The notes beneath the pieces were generated by a model. The model was not told the DNA's origin, searched no databases, and worked only from the letters and a program-made list of their open reading frames with translations. Positions 1-15,249 of a stretch of DNA of 64,000 bases are shown one piece after another. The DNA comes from the human T2T-CHM13v2.0 reference genome, Homo sapiens, in NCBI RefSeq assembly GCF_009914755.1, contig NC_060926.1, one strand, 5' to 3'. Position numbers and translations under genes: made by a program. Numbering within the stretch: position 1 is the stretch's first letter; every line of letters starts with the position of its first letter.

Positions 1-690
1 TTAGGAACCTGTTCATTTCTTAGGTCCTCTACCTTTGCCCTCTACCACCCCAGTCATAACCACCATCCTCTCTTGCCTGGAATACTGCAGTAGTTTCCCG
101 ATATCCCTGTTTTCTCTTTTGTCCTCATGTAGTTCATTCTCCTCATAGCAACTGGAGCAATTCTTTAAAGATAAGTCGTTTCATGGTATCTTCTTACTCA
201 TAACTTTCCAGTGGCTTCCTATAACAAACTGTCATGGCTTACAAGTTCCCTGACTTCATTTCCTACTATTTTCATTTTTACTATACCCCTTGAAGTGTAT
301 CAATCTTCATTATGTTTTTGTGTTTTACCCAATATCCTAGCTTGTTTTCACATCAGGGCCTCAGCAAATATAAAGACATTTGCTATTTCCTCTTCCTTAA
401 GTGTTCTTCCTTCAGATATGTGTGTGATATACCTCCTCAGAAATGCCGTCTCTGACCTCTCTACCTGTATGTTCAATCACTCTCTATATCCTTCTCTTTA
501 TTTTTCTTCATGGCAATCACTTCCTGAAATTATAAATATATATTTGTTTACTGTCTTATCCACCAGCATATAAACCCCATGAAAGCAGAAACTCTCTGCT
601 TGTTTACTACTGACTGAGTCTCTGGAACCTAGAACAGTGCTTGGCATATAGTAGGTATTCAGTGAATTTTTATTGATAGACAGTTTGAGT
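1..690 (+). mobile_element. L2 LINE 3' fragment
   Basis: Ends in the typical L2 tail (ctagaacagtgcttggcatatagtaggtattcagtgaat); degenerate. Confidence 0.7.
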
Positions 691-1519
691 GAAATGGATG
701 GCAATAGGACTGTTTTATTTATTTCTATTTAAACATGGTTTGTAGGAGCATCATCAGGAAATATTAGGGTCAAATTTTCCATTGGTTTATTATAATTACA
801 AAGATTTATAACTTTGTCATAATGGAAAAATTTATAAACTACTATGTTCCTTACAGTATTTAAATAAGCTATTACCTAAACTTTTTGTTACTTATGCACC
901 TACATCATTAAAATCAGAATAATGTTTTTGAAAATACATATTTTAAAATACAGCAGCTCACAAAAATCTGATGTGGTTATGGTTATATAGCTTTATGTTT
1001 AGATCTCAAACTGTTAATAATTAACAATGAAAAAAACAAAAAGGACTTTGAGACCGGCTGAGTTACAGAAAATGCCATTTGAGAAAAAGGTTGATGTAAA
1101 TCTTTTATGAATGAGCTCTGATTAAGTAATCCTCTTCATTGTTAGGAAAAAGATCTGGTGGAATTTGGCATTGCCCTTGAAAGTTATTTCAAATGCTCGT
1201 ATTCCCCCAAAGAGTTGTACAGAGTTGCCATTTAGCTTTGACTTAGAGTTACATGCAAAAGGTATTTTGCCTTGTTATGAAATAACTGACTTTCGAAAAT
1301 GGAATATGCATAGACAGATGTTAGAAAATATTATATAAATGTGTGAGATATGACAGGGAAAATATTCAGCAGGAATTTTATATATTATTGAAGGAAAAAT
1401 TCAGCTATTTAATATTAATTGACAGTGACTTTTACCAGCACATAGGATTTCTAGCCATTGTTGAATATCCTAAAGTAAAATTGATTTTTATGTCTATCTG
1501 AATAACTGATATCTCTAAA

Positions 1520-1735
1520 ATGCTTAATAGCATGCAGATTTTTATACACACTACTTTAACCCTTGGAACAATCTTATGTGAGGTAGACAGTGTTATCCCT
1601 CCTTTTCAGATGAGGAAAGAGAGTTGGTTCAAAGGAGTTGCTGTAACTTGTACAACCAATAAACAGTGGAGTTTGAATTAGGCTCAGCTCTCCTGATCTT
1701 GAAATCTGAGCCCCTTTCACAACATAATGCTAGTG
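1520..1735 (-). mobile_element. MIR SINE
   Basis: MIR core in reverse (gttatccctccttttcagatgaggaaa). Confidence 0.65.
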
Positions 1736-2319
1736 ATCCAAAGTTTAAATTGCCAGATGAGAACAGGCCCAAGACACTGTGGCATCTACATCTTCAGCAT
1801 TTGTGGAGGACTCTTGGTGTTTCTGGTTGAACTGAGTGATTGATTGACTAGAGCTAAGTGTCTTACAATGCGGAGCAGTCTGTATCTCAGGAATCTGATT
1901 GCAATAGAGTCTGATTAATATGAGTGTCATATTTTCATTGTTTCCTGAGGAAGTAATGTGCGTTGTTAATGGCAGGAAATTCTGACATATTTTAGTCTTG
2001 GGTTTGTGTAAGAAGATTTAATGAGTACTTTGATTATTAACTTTATAGGTGTGAGTGCAGAGCGATTTCAGCACATTGACAGTATCTTTAACCTGATAAG
2101 AATAGCCATTCCCTGGAACATATCCCACAGAAAAACTGTTTTTCAAAGGGTAGATTTCTGAAAATCATTGGAATCTATAGATTAGGGTTTACTAAAAATA
2201 AAAAATTATAAGTGTTAGCATTAACTCGAGAAAGTTTTAGTCCAGAAATTATTAGAAACTGTTTTTTGTACTCCAACCAATGAGAATTTTAAACTTCTGG
2301 TTTGTGTTGCAAATGATGG

Positions 2320-2612
2320 AATCCATGTAAGTGTCCATCAGTGGATGAAGGGGTAAAGAAAATGTGGTATATATACACAATGGAATACAATTCAGCCTTA
2401 GAAAAGATGGAAATGATACCGTTTGTGATAAGGTAGATGAACCTAGAGAACATTATGTTAAGTGAAATATGCCAGGCACAGAAAGGCAGTTACCACATGG
2501 TATCACTTATATGTGGAATCTAAGAACTTCCCACTCATAGAAGCAGAATAGTGGTTACTAGAGGCTGGAAGGAGGGGTGGGTTGGAGAGGTATTGGTCAA
2601 AGGATACAAAAC
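2320..2612 (+). mobile_element. L1MA-type 3' fragment
   Basis: gtgtccatcagtggatga...aaaatgtggtatatatacacaatggaatac...ggtcaaaggatacaaaa, an L1 ORF2 end/3' UTR. Confidence 0.75.
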
Positions 2613-4884
2613 TCATTTTGAAAACTTATGTGTAAGCTTAATTTAAAACATGTTTTTGAAGGAAAAAGGTTGATTATATTCTAATAGATGGACTGATCTG
2701 TGAAAAATGTAATTGAAAACCAGCTGGAGAGAGATACTTTTGTAGGTGCTATGAAAGATATTAAAAAGTTTAAGAAAAATCTCATGCCCTCCAGCCGCTG
2801 ATTTGACAGATGATAGAGATAATGCATACATGTGCAAGTGTGTGTTTGTATGTGTGCTGAAAATTTAGATGACAGGACAAGAAATGACATGGTAGGTACC
2901 AAGTGGTAAATATAGACAATATATTCTGGAGCTATTTCCCAGTGATTATTAAAGTTACTTTCATGAAAGCGATATGATTTGAACTTAGGTAGTAGTATAG
3001 AGTTAGAAGAATATACTTGGCAAAAAAGCTATGAACAAGTTCATAAAAATGGGGAAGAATCACAAAGTACTCCCCTAGAGTAGAAACAAAAGATTGAGCT
3101 GCTAATAATTGGCACTGAGATTATGAAGGACCTTGAAGGAAAAGATAATTTAAGAATGTAGCTTTTGAAGACTCAATTTAGCATTTAAATTTTTATGTAA
3201 ACCAAACATATCTAAAATTTGTTTTTGAGTGTGTGATTTTGTGTGTGATAAACTATCTTTTCTGTTTGGGCTCATTTTCTTGTTAAAGTCCATCTATTCT
3301 GTGAGTTCTGTTTACCATCAAAGAGAATAAATACCCCAACAGCAAATTTTTGAGCCTGTCATAGATACTCTTTTCCTTCATTTTCAGTGAAATAGCTGGC
3401 AAAGTTTTATCGATATTATTTCTTTTGCTTTAGGTTGGAAGTTCAGTGTCCAGTTGAAAAACACCAACTCAGCTAGTTTCTTCTGGTCTGCATTACAGTA
3501 TTTTACCTGTCTTTTTATGAAAAGAGCACGTTCTAGGAAAGGATGGAAGATTCTCAAAGAAACAACTTTCCCCTTCTAAGGCAGATGAAAACCTGTACAT
3601 GTACCTAACATTTTTTCCCCTTTTTAAAATATAAAATTTCACATTACATTTTCTGCTCTTCCTTTTTGGAATAATTAAATGTAACACTTCTTTCATAGTT
3701 ATTTGCTCATTTATTCTGAAATGACTTGCCTTTTCCTAAGTAGGATGTGAGGTTGGTGGATGCAGATGGTGCATGCGAGTGCAACTGGGAATGTTTTCCA
3801 GGATAATAGAGAATGAGGAACTACCTTCTGAAACTTTTAAGTTGAACCCCACTCCCCCACTTTGTGATACTCTGTCTTCACTTTCTCTTCTTAAAAAGTT
3901 ACTCTCCTTTTTAATCTTTCTAGCCTGACAACTGATGTCAGCAGTTGTTTAATCGGTATTTGGTGCTTAAACCATACTTGAGTCTCTAACTCCTTAGGTT
4001 TCATTACTGTACTTTATTTAAAAAGCCTGACATTTAGTTACTTGAGCATTTCTAAAGCAGCTTTTGAAGTAGCAAACAATTAAGACCATATTCAACTTTT
4101 CAATGATCCTACTTAACTGTTAAGGGCAAAGCAGGAAAAGAGAACTGCTTGGTACCCGAAGCAAACATATATTAAAAGAAGGAGGAAAAGCCTTAATCTC
4201 AAATGATTATAGATAGATAATAACAGTAAGACACCCATATAGAATGTTAACACTTGAAAAATCTTGATGAAGATATATGGAATTTCAGTGTACTAGTCTT
4301 GCCTGCTTTTTAAAGTAGGTATGAAATTTTTTCAAAATAAAATTTACTGAAAATCTCAAATGACTAGTAACCATTTTTTCTAAAGTAAAGATGAAAAATA
4401 TCTTTGGTATTAATGTTCCCCATTTTTATCTTTCTCCGTTCCTGATGCCCAGCACTAATTATACTTTAATAAAGACTGAATTTAATTAAGTCAGTGACCT
4501 GCACCAGCATGGTCAGTAGGAAAGATCTTCCCACAAATCGTCACCATAGCTTTGTTCATTTGCAGCTGTCTTCATCACAACTAAGTTGTACAGCTTATTT
4601 TATTTTCAAGTTTAAATTTCTTTTTCATCAAAAGGTCAAATTTGGGTTAGTTATGCTAAACACACAATCTTGTATAGAATCTTTTTTCCAGTTTTCAAAG
4701 CTGTTGAATTAGGACCTTAATTAACTGTGGAGTTACACTTTTGCACTGTGTTTAATACTTGCATTGTAGGAAAAGTTACCAGAAAGAAGAGAGATTAGGG
4801 ATGAGTGTCACACTGACACAAGGCCTGGCATGTAATAAGTATTCTGTAACTGTTTCTTGAGCTAATAATGAAGGGATCAAAGGC

Positions 4885-5105
4885 TAACATTATTTATTTA
4901 ACACCTACCAAGCCCTTAGATTAAAGACTTATTTTGCATTATCTCATGAATCCTCACAACAGCTTCTTGTGAGTATGGGTTCTGTTGTTATCTCCCTTTT
5001 ACATGTGGGAAAACTGAAGCTCAGACAGCGTGCAGGGAGGTGGCTGAGTCAGGATTCCAATGGGGTCTTTCTGACTATAGTCACTAACCTCATACTTTCA
5101 ATCAT
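4885..5105 (-). mobile_element. MIR SINE
   Basis: aatcctcacaacagc...tttacatgtgggaaaactgaagctcaga MIR core. Confidence 0.65.
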
Positions 5106-5247
5106 AGCATTTCTACCTATAGAATGTTTACTTCGTTTGAGAGTCACTTCATAAGAAAGAGGGTGTTTGGCTGTGGTTTGAGAAGGATTAATTGTAATTA
5201 ATCTTGGCTGAGGAGAGAGGATCACTCTTTTCTTGGTTTTTGAATTA

Positions 5248-5447
5248 AAACTGTTGTCCAATATGATAGCCACTAGCCACATGTGGCTGTTTACATTTAA
5301 ATATGAATTAACTAAATACAATTTAAAATTCATTTTCTCAGCTTTGTTACCCATATTTCAAGTGCTTAACAGTCACATACAGTTAGTGGTTTTATTGGAC
5401 AACACAGAGCAAATTTCCCTCATGACAAAAAGTTCTGTTGGATAGCA
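5248..5447. mobile_element. MER3-like hAT-Charlie MITE
   Basis: tgtccaatatgatagccactagccacatgtggct ... ttctgttggatagc; internally palindromic. Confidence 0.7.
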
Positions 5448-5649
5448 TTACAAAGATTCCAGGGTTATCAGTTGAAACTCTTGAAAGTAACACTAGTTAA
5501 AACCTATCTCGGAAAATAGATTTCATGATTATCACAGCTCTCAAAAGCAATAACACTCTATTTTTCTTGGTTTTATCAAGTAATTTAAATTTATGTATTT
5601 ATAATACTTCCTATTGCCCAACAAATTATGATGGAGGGACAGGAAATTA

Positions 5650-5798
5650 GGATGGGCTCAATGACCCCATACCTGCAGTCCTAGCTGTACTCAAGAGGCT
5701 GAGGTGGGAGGATCACCTGAGCTCAGGAGTTTGAGGCTGAAGTGAGCTATGATTGTGCCCTGCACTCTAGCCTGGATAACAGAGTGAGACCTGTCTCT
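5650..5798 (+). mobile_element. Free Alu monomer (FRAM/AluJ right arm)
   Basis: gaggctgaggtgggaggatcacctgagc...gactgcactctagcctgg-like...acagagtgagacctgtctct; single monomer. Confidence 0.75.
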
Positions 5799-5800
5799 AA

Positions 5801-5900
5801 GACAGATGGATTGATGGATGGATGGATAGTTAGATAGACAGATAGACAGATAGATACATACATACATACATACATACATACATACATACATACATAGATA
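5801..5900. repeat. Compound tetranucleotide microsatellite (GATG)n(GATA/GACA)n(TACA)10
   Basis: Directly visible; perfect TACA x10 at 5855-5894; sits in place of the Alu monomer tail. Confidence 0.9.
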
Positions 5901-7679
5901 AAAGAAGTTAATATTTGGAGCAAATATAGTAGGCAGTGCTGGAAACAAGAAGACAAATATTTTTCAAGCAGATGGTTCTATGTTGTTAGAAATTATTTTA
6001 CTTTGTTTACCAATATCACAATAGTATCGAAGGCACGGAGGAAAAAATGCAATATTTTTAAAGTATAATTTTTATTATGAAATATTTTAAACACACTATA
6101 CTTTTTTAAATGGTGAAAAAGCAGTTGGATACATTTTTTTACAATAGACTCATAAAGGAATTTATAAGTGGAAAATTTAATCACCTGATTATTTCAGAGA
6201 TATTTTAAGAATGTAGTCCATAATTTTGCCTGGACGTCTTTCTTAATATGTTCGTTACCCAAGTTGGAAAGCACAAACCTGGGGGTGAACTTCATCTCCT
6301 TAGGCTCACATTGCTCATCTGTCACCTGGAGGAGGCAAGTATCTGCTCTGAGATCATTCCTAGTACATATTTACATCCTATGACTCATAGACTAGGTTCG
6401 GGGCTAGAGATCCACTTCCTGAGACTGGCCATTTTTCTCCACTGCAGTAGATGTGGAATTATAAAGTTGAATGGGAGGATTTATAGAAAAATTTAAAGTC
6501 ATATTTTACCTGTTATATACTTTTTAAAAATTGCCTTACTTGCCCTATTGAAAAGAAAGAAAATGAAGAACGAATGTTATTTAGCCTGAGAAAGAGAAGA
6601 TTTAAGGCTTGACTTAGTTCCTGTGCCCTAAAAGATATATTATAAGGAGTATTTCCTATCTTCACAGAAGATGTTCTTATTTTTCAGTGAAGAAAGTGCT
6701 TCTTTAATGTCTACCTTGCTCCTGCCCCCAGACTCTGTCTCCTTAGGGGCAAGAATGTGTATCTGGTTAAATATTTTATCCTCATTGCCTGCTTAGAGCC
6801 GGAATATAGTGAAACATTCAGCCAATACTTGCTGAATGAACAAATGAACATTTGTCATGTAAAAATAATCACTCCTGACACAGGTATATTCGAAAGTTGT
6901 CACCTCAGCACATATCTGTTGTTAGTGTACCCCAGCTGTGCTTTGTCAGTTCCCTAAGAAAGGGGTACCAGTCAGTTTGGTCATGATGAATCTGTTGCCT
7001 TGGATTTTACTGCTGGGATATTTGGAGAATGTCTTGTACATATAGGGTACCCAAACATTTGTTTAACTAACAAAATAATAGAAGGGATCATAAGTACGTA
7101 TAATCAAAAATAGATCTTCAAACACTTTTTGTTTGATTCCAGAATATGTTTTTTTTGTTTGACTTCAGAATATGTTATCTGAATTTATCAACAAAATTAA
7201 CTTTTGTGTTTTTTCATAACAAGTGATTGGTGTTCTTTTGAAAGAATACTGTTTTCTTTAGATTCAAGAAGAGCCTTAGAATTTTTTAATACTGTAGGCA
7301 CATATGTACTTAATACATATTTGATATTTGTGTCATAGTTTTGGATTCTATTTTATATTTGCATATATGTGATACATGACAGTTTAAAAATATGATATAT
7401 TATGGAAATATATATTTTGTCTTTTCCCTCTTTCTAGAGTATAAGTTCTTGAGGTAAGAACTTTGTCTTCTTCATCACTCTATCTTTGCATCTAGAAATG
7501 TGCTTGGCATGGAGTAGGCACACAGGAAATATTGTAATTAAACAACAAATGCTTTTTCATAAGAGGCCTATTGGGTCCTAAGTTTATTTGTAAGTTAGTC
7601 AGTGTTCTGGTTTAGTGTAAATAGTCATCAACTTTTAGTAATTGGAAGACTAGCTCTTATTTTTGCATTCTTCTTTCAG

Positions 7680-7726
7680 GAAGAATCCCCAGCACAAGAT
7701 AGAATATAGACATAATACGCTTCCAG
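7680..7726 (+). CDS. APLF: APLF penultimate coding exon (47 nt), end of second PBZ zinc finger
   Basis: Acceptor ttttgcattcttctttcag (AG 7678-7679), donor GTAAGT at 7727. Translates (R)KNPQHKIEYRHNTLP(V), matching the APLF PBZ2 end. The phase-1 end joins in frame to 18160. Confidence 0.96.
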
Positions 7727-7946
7727 GTAAGTAAGTTTACTTCAGAAAATTCAAAATGAAACCTTTAAATGATTTTCCTATTAAACCTAGTTTCCAGTTA
7801 TTATGAAAATATTTTAAAATCTCTGCTTCTGTGAATTTGTTGAATTGCTGATTTTAATGATTTTTCTTATATTAAAAAAAAACACAACTGTGACCCTTTT
7901 GTATAGCAAATGCTTTCCCCATTGTCCACAATATATATTTGCCTTG

Positions 7947-8470
7947 TATCTCTTAGGATTCTTTTGTTTGCAAGTACCTGAAAGCAAAATCTCAAACTGG
8001 CCTAAATGATAATTGACTTCTGTAACTAAAACGTCCAGAGCTAGGGCTGGATTTAGATAAGCTATATTGCTTTGGCTCATTAATAATGTCAATAGTGTCC
8101 CCAAAGACCCAATTTTTTCCTTCATTCTGTCTTTAGAGGGGTCATTATCATCCTAAGGCTGGCTCCTCTTCCAACGAGGGACTTTATGTGTCCTTATTCA
8201 GCTGGGACGATAATCACCCGTAAGGAATACAAACAACTTTGACCCTCATGATTCCTAGGAAAAATCAGAAAATTCACTTTTTATTACTGGATTAGATCAC
8301 AGTCTTAACCTTGATCCAATCACCATGGCCACTGATTAGTTTGTACCGCTCCTGAAACCAGAATGGAGTCACCTTCATCAGAACCATAGCCATCTCCAAT
8401 AAAAGCTAGAGCTTTGAGGAAGAGAGGAGGGGGAGAGACACCAGAGAAGCAACCATCAAATGTCCTTCTG
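7947..8470. mobile_element. Old ERVL-MaLR-type LTR (MLT1-like), degenerate
   Basis: tcttaggattcttttgtttgcaagt...aactggcctaaat start and ...gcaaccatcaaatgtcc end resemble old MLT1 LTRs. Confidence 0.5.
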
Positions 8471-10621
8471 TCCTACTTACCTCAATCTGTTTTACCTTCT
8501 GTTTGTTATGCTTCTAAACTGTATTTTTCTTCTTTAATAAAATCTGGCTTTTTCATATCATTCATATAATACAGAGGCTGATTCAGCGCATAATATTTCT
8601 GCTCACAGAATGAGAAAATAAAATGCATACTATCCAGGCTGCACTCACTTGCATTTATATGTGCATACAAACAGCTGACTTGTAATCAAGTAAGTGATGA
8701 AAGTAAATGATTTCACTGTAAGGGAATTCCATTTGACATTTCTTATTGAAACACACTTTAGTGCTTTAGTACTCCAGACATAAAAATATTCCCTTTATCT
8801 GAGCTAACATAGTATGGAGGTTACATGTTATATATTATACTTTCTTTACTGTGGTCATATCTCATGGTGTGGCAGTTATGGTAGTTTAATAAAGTCTTCC
8901 TTTCTAGAAATAATGTAATTGTATTTGATTAAAAGTATATATTGTTGACAAATTATAGCATTGTCCCATGCAAGAGCATTTGACACATTTATATAACTTT
9001 ATAGAAATAGGAAATATTTATCTAAAAACTATGACTACACATCATATAGCATAGTTAAAAATATCTGAATTTTTGTTGAAAAATTTCTTGAAATTATTGA
9101 AGTATTTTTTGAATGAAGAACATATTTTAGGACAATTAACTTTTTAAAGGAAAACTTTATTGAAAAGCATTTTTAATAGAAGTATAGATATTTTAAAGGA
9201 ATAAGTTTAAGGCTGTAGGTTTAGTCATATTTTTAATGTACTTTCAAAAGTTGCTATGTGGCAATATAGTCAGAACATCTCTTACCCTACAAAACCTAAA
9301 AATTGGGGATTTTGAGTATTTCAAATATTAAATGTTGAGGTATCATTGTATTTTTCTGATTTAGAGATATCTAATACAGAATTCTAACATACTTGTTTTT
9401 CTTGTATCCCAAATCATTAAAATTTAACAGTACCCCCAAATGTTAATCTCAGCTATGTATTGATTCATTTACTCACACATTCACATATTCCTTTGTTGAA
9501 TGTCTTCCATGTGAGCAAAGCTACAGAGAGATGAGAGCCGGCTCGTAATTGTGGTTATGGGAACCAGCTCTGGGTCTCCCAACTTGCCGTGAGATGCTCT
9601 GAAATCTCCAGGGAAAGGGAGGGAGTACTTTCTGCTGGGGATTATCAGGTAGACTTGATATGAGAATTTTAAGTAAAAGTTGGCCTTTAAGATGGTAGGA
9701 TTTCAGTCACCTTTGTTTCTTTGCTGTGTGGGAGATTGGTATAGGACATCACAGGCAAAGTGAGAAATAGATCAATCAAAGACATCAAGGTAGAAGTGTT
9801 GTAGTTGGAGTTAGCAAGTGGATCATTTTAATTGATGTGGAAAGTCTCTATAGCTACTGTGGCTGATGCTAAAAGGGTGTATTGAAGCTAGATTATGGAA
9901 GCTCTCAACAGCCAGACCAAAGACATGGGCACTTTGGCAAATAATGATGAGCCAATATTTTACCAAAATCAAGCTGGTGAATACAGTTTGAATTAGAGAA
10001 GGGGAAGCCTGGAGATTAGTTAGGTAGAATAAAGGGTTAGAACTAGGGCGGCCATCATGAACATGGAGAGGTTGGATTGGATACAAGAGGGATTTTTGAA
10101 GGATGAATCAAGAGGATTTACCAACTAATCAGTTGGCTGTGATATGGGGATGAGGTAAATGAAGTCAGGATGACTCAGGATTATAGTACACATTATCAGG
10201 AGACTGGAGAAGACACATGATAGAGAATAGGGTGAACTGGGGAGTTTTGTTGTTTTTGCTTTCATTTAAACATGTTGAATTTGAGGTGGGGGTATCATAA
10301 GAACATATATAACAAGATAATACAATTATTAATATAGTGCCAACATTAAAATAACTACATTAAATTCTTACTCTTTAATTTCTGATTTGTAATACCCCTA
10401 AAACACTTTCATCTATAGGGTTCTTCTATACATGTAACAGTTTATATAGTGCATTCTGTTTCTTGTAGGTTGGACTCCTGTCATTTGTTAAGTTTCTTGT
10501 ATATATAATTGGTTTAAAATTTTATTTAAGTCTCCACACTTTTTCGAGTGCTACAATTTTTGCACAAGTTATTGAATGCAAAAGTAACCAGTACCAGGAA
10601 GATTTTGTTTTATTCTTTTTT

Positions 10622-12167
<1,546 letters not shown>

Positions 12168-12892
12168 TTTTATTCTTTTTTAGCTGCCTCACCTGTTGAC
12201 AACATTTAAAGGAAATTATCATCAATATTTTATCTAATTATTGGGGTCCTCCTTTCTGGCCTCTATTATTATGTGATATGTATTATTCTAGGTGATTGAT
12301 ACCATTTGTGAAAATTTAGAATGTTCCACTGATAGCTACTTTAAGGTTTCTCTATTTCTACAATTGTATACATGTATGTGCTTATATATACTTTTTTATT
12401 CAGAAGTTGAAACTAAAAGATCCAGAAAGAAAACTATTAAGGAGGCTTAGTGGGATTTACATGAAATTCTATAAACTGCTGCTTAATGTGTGGAAAGCTA
12501 AGAGAATATGGAATATGAGAAAGCCTGATGCAATGGAATTATAAAAAGAAATGAACTTTATATATAATAAAGTAGATCAGAAATATACAAAATAAAATAT
12601 GAATACCAACTAGTTGCTTAGTGCATTTAAAAAAATTACTCTTTAATAGTAAAATGAAGCGTTATTAAAAATGTTTGTTCTTGTAGATATAGTAAATTTT
12701 CATCTTTAGGAATATTGAGGCAAAATATTTATTTACTTAATAAAAATTAACATCCTAATTAGTCCTAAGATTTAATAGAAAGTAAAAGAAAAGAAAACAT
12801 GAAGAATTATCAATGTTAAGCTATTAATCTGCTGTGAAGCACCTGTCATCTTAGATGTAACACCAAAAAACTTTGGTAAAAATCTGCAGTTT

Positions 12893-13200
12893 GGCTGGGT
12901 GTGGTGGCTCATGCCTATAATCCCAGCACTCTGGGAGGCCAAGGCAGGAGGATCGCTTGAGCCCAGGAGTTCATGACCAGCCTGGGCAACAGAGTGAGAC
13001 CACATCTCTACAAAAAATAAAAAAAATTAACCAGTTGTGGTGATGGGCACACCTCTGTTCCCAGCTACTTGGGAGACTGAGGTGGGAGTATCACTTGAGC
13101 CCAGGATGTCAAAAATGCAGTGAGCCGTGATTGTGTCACTGCACTCTACCCTGGGCAACAGAGCAACACTCTGTCTCAACAAAACAAAACAAAACAAAAC
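12893..13200 (+). mobile_element. AluJ
   Basis: ggctgggtgtggtggctcatgcc...ggatcgcttgagcccaggag (J-type); (AAAAC)n tail; degenerate TSD ctgcagttt/ctgcaattt. Confidence 0.9.
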
Positions 13201-13729
13201 ACTGCAATTTGAAAAGATTTTTCTCCATGCAAAATCAACATTTCTTCTGGCATGTATGTCACACAGTATACTCTGCAGTAGTTTGAAGACTTAGTTCTTG
13301 GGATAAGAACTAACAGTGAAATTTTAAATTGTAAAAGAAATATCAGAAAAACATTTAGAATTGTCATTCTCATATTACAAATTCCTCTGCATATATAAAA
13401 AAATCAGAAATTACCACATTCTAATCCCATATAGTAAATAATATGTTGTTTTAAACATGTTAAAGAGTTTATTATTTTTTCTAAAAGTTATTTTTCATCA
13501 CCATGGTAGATCAGCATTACCCATCAGGGTTTACAAACCAGTGACAGCTTATTTCTCCAGTGCTGGCTTCAAGTAGTCAAGCTGTCAATCCCTGTCCACA
13601 TTTCATTTTACTTCACTGATTTGTAGAGAAAATAAAGGTTCCTGTTGTGGCCTTAAAATTAGAACTCTGGAGTTAGAAATATCTTTGTGATCATTTAATG
13701 TTTGATGTGTAGTTTAAAAAGTAATTTCC

Positions 13730-14046
<317 letters not shown>

Positions 14047-14163
14047 TTAAGTGACTTGTTCATTGTCATGAGTTCATTTATAACACAGATAGTTGGACTT
14101 CTAACCCCTGGTCTAGTCCTCTTTCTCTTAAACTGTGCTATTTTAAAGAGTCTTTTTGTTGGG

Positions 14164-14297
14164 TAAGATGTGAATGCACATTATCACATAACATGTCCTA
14201 ATGATATCTCAATAAGACAGTTTCCTTTCAGATTCAGAAATCACTTAACAGCTTTACAATAAAAACAGATAAAAAGCCGGAACAACTTCAGGTTCTC
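14164..14297 (+). repeat. Inverted repeat arm 1 (134 bp; partner 16393-16525)
   Basis: Manual alignment to the reverse complement of 16393-16525: 7 substitutions + 1 indel; first 52 bp identical. Confidence 0.95.
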
Positions 14298-15249
14298 ATA
14301 GACAATCAAATGAGAGCAGCAGTAACTAGCAGGAAGAAATTTATAAGCATTCTAGGCAAAAATAGAGAAAAGACTTATTTCTTTCAAGTTTACCTGGACT
14401 TAGAAGTGTTAACCCAAATTAAAAAAAAAAAAAAAGGAAGCTTTCTAAGATAAATTTACTTGGGAATATTGTAATGAGAATACGTGTGTTATTGTAAAAA
14501 TCAGTATTCAGAGTATTTTCCAGGTAAGTAAAGTTTAATTTTTTTTTTTGGCCCAGTTACACTGAAAGGCAGAATTGGATATTTCTCTAAAAACACCTTC
14601 AGACTCTACTAGCAATTTTTTAAAAAGGAAAGTCATCTAGGTAGCATTTGTTTTATATAACATTTAAAGTTATTAATTGAATTTTCCACAGTATAATCTA
14701 TTAAATAATTGGTCCCACAAAGATAATCACATGTCAGCATTTATAACCCTGTTATGAAGGATCTGTGTGACACCACTAACAGGACACAGAGCTGAATTCT
14801 AGAGCTGACTTTGTGCTCATGTCATGACTTGGCTCTTCAAGTGTTTTCACTTAAAGTATAAAAGTACCTGTTCGTGTGAGTTAAGGTGGATTACATTTGG
14901 CTACTAGCCACGTTGAATTCTGTTACAGATGGTTTTGTTAGATTCTGGACTTCCTGTAAGAAGAACATGAATGTGTAAAGGTAAACATAAAATGTAAGTG
15001 ATGACAGATATAAACTTTTTTCTGAGTAAACAAACAAAATTCTTCCGATTAATGTGGTCTTACTGCCTCAACAAATGAGGCTTCTTAATAAGTTGCTAAA
15101 TATTTCCAGGGTTCACTGAGGCTTCATTTAGCAGAATTAAAGTCTTTTATGTAATTCATTATATTGACTGGCAGGCTAGTGATCAAAAGTGTAGGCTAAA
15201 ATAAGAGTTTCTGTAAAACTAAAGATGTTCAGTAGTTGATTTGCAAATG

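Noticed and set aside
211-573. 120-aa ORF and the many other 60-140 aa ORFs in the track
   Set aside because: They fall in L2/L1/Alu/LTR remnants or low-complexity DNA, often with non-ATG starts, and show no recognisable domain or splice structure.
3434-3600. Strong acceptor tttcttttgctttag as a hidden APLF exon
   Set aside because: No convincing donor and no recognisable APLF peptide downstream.
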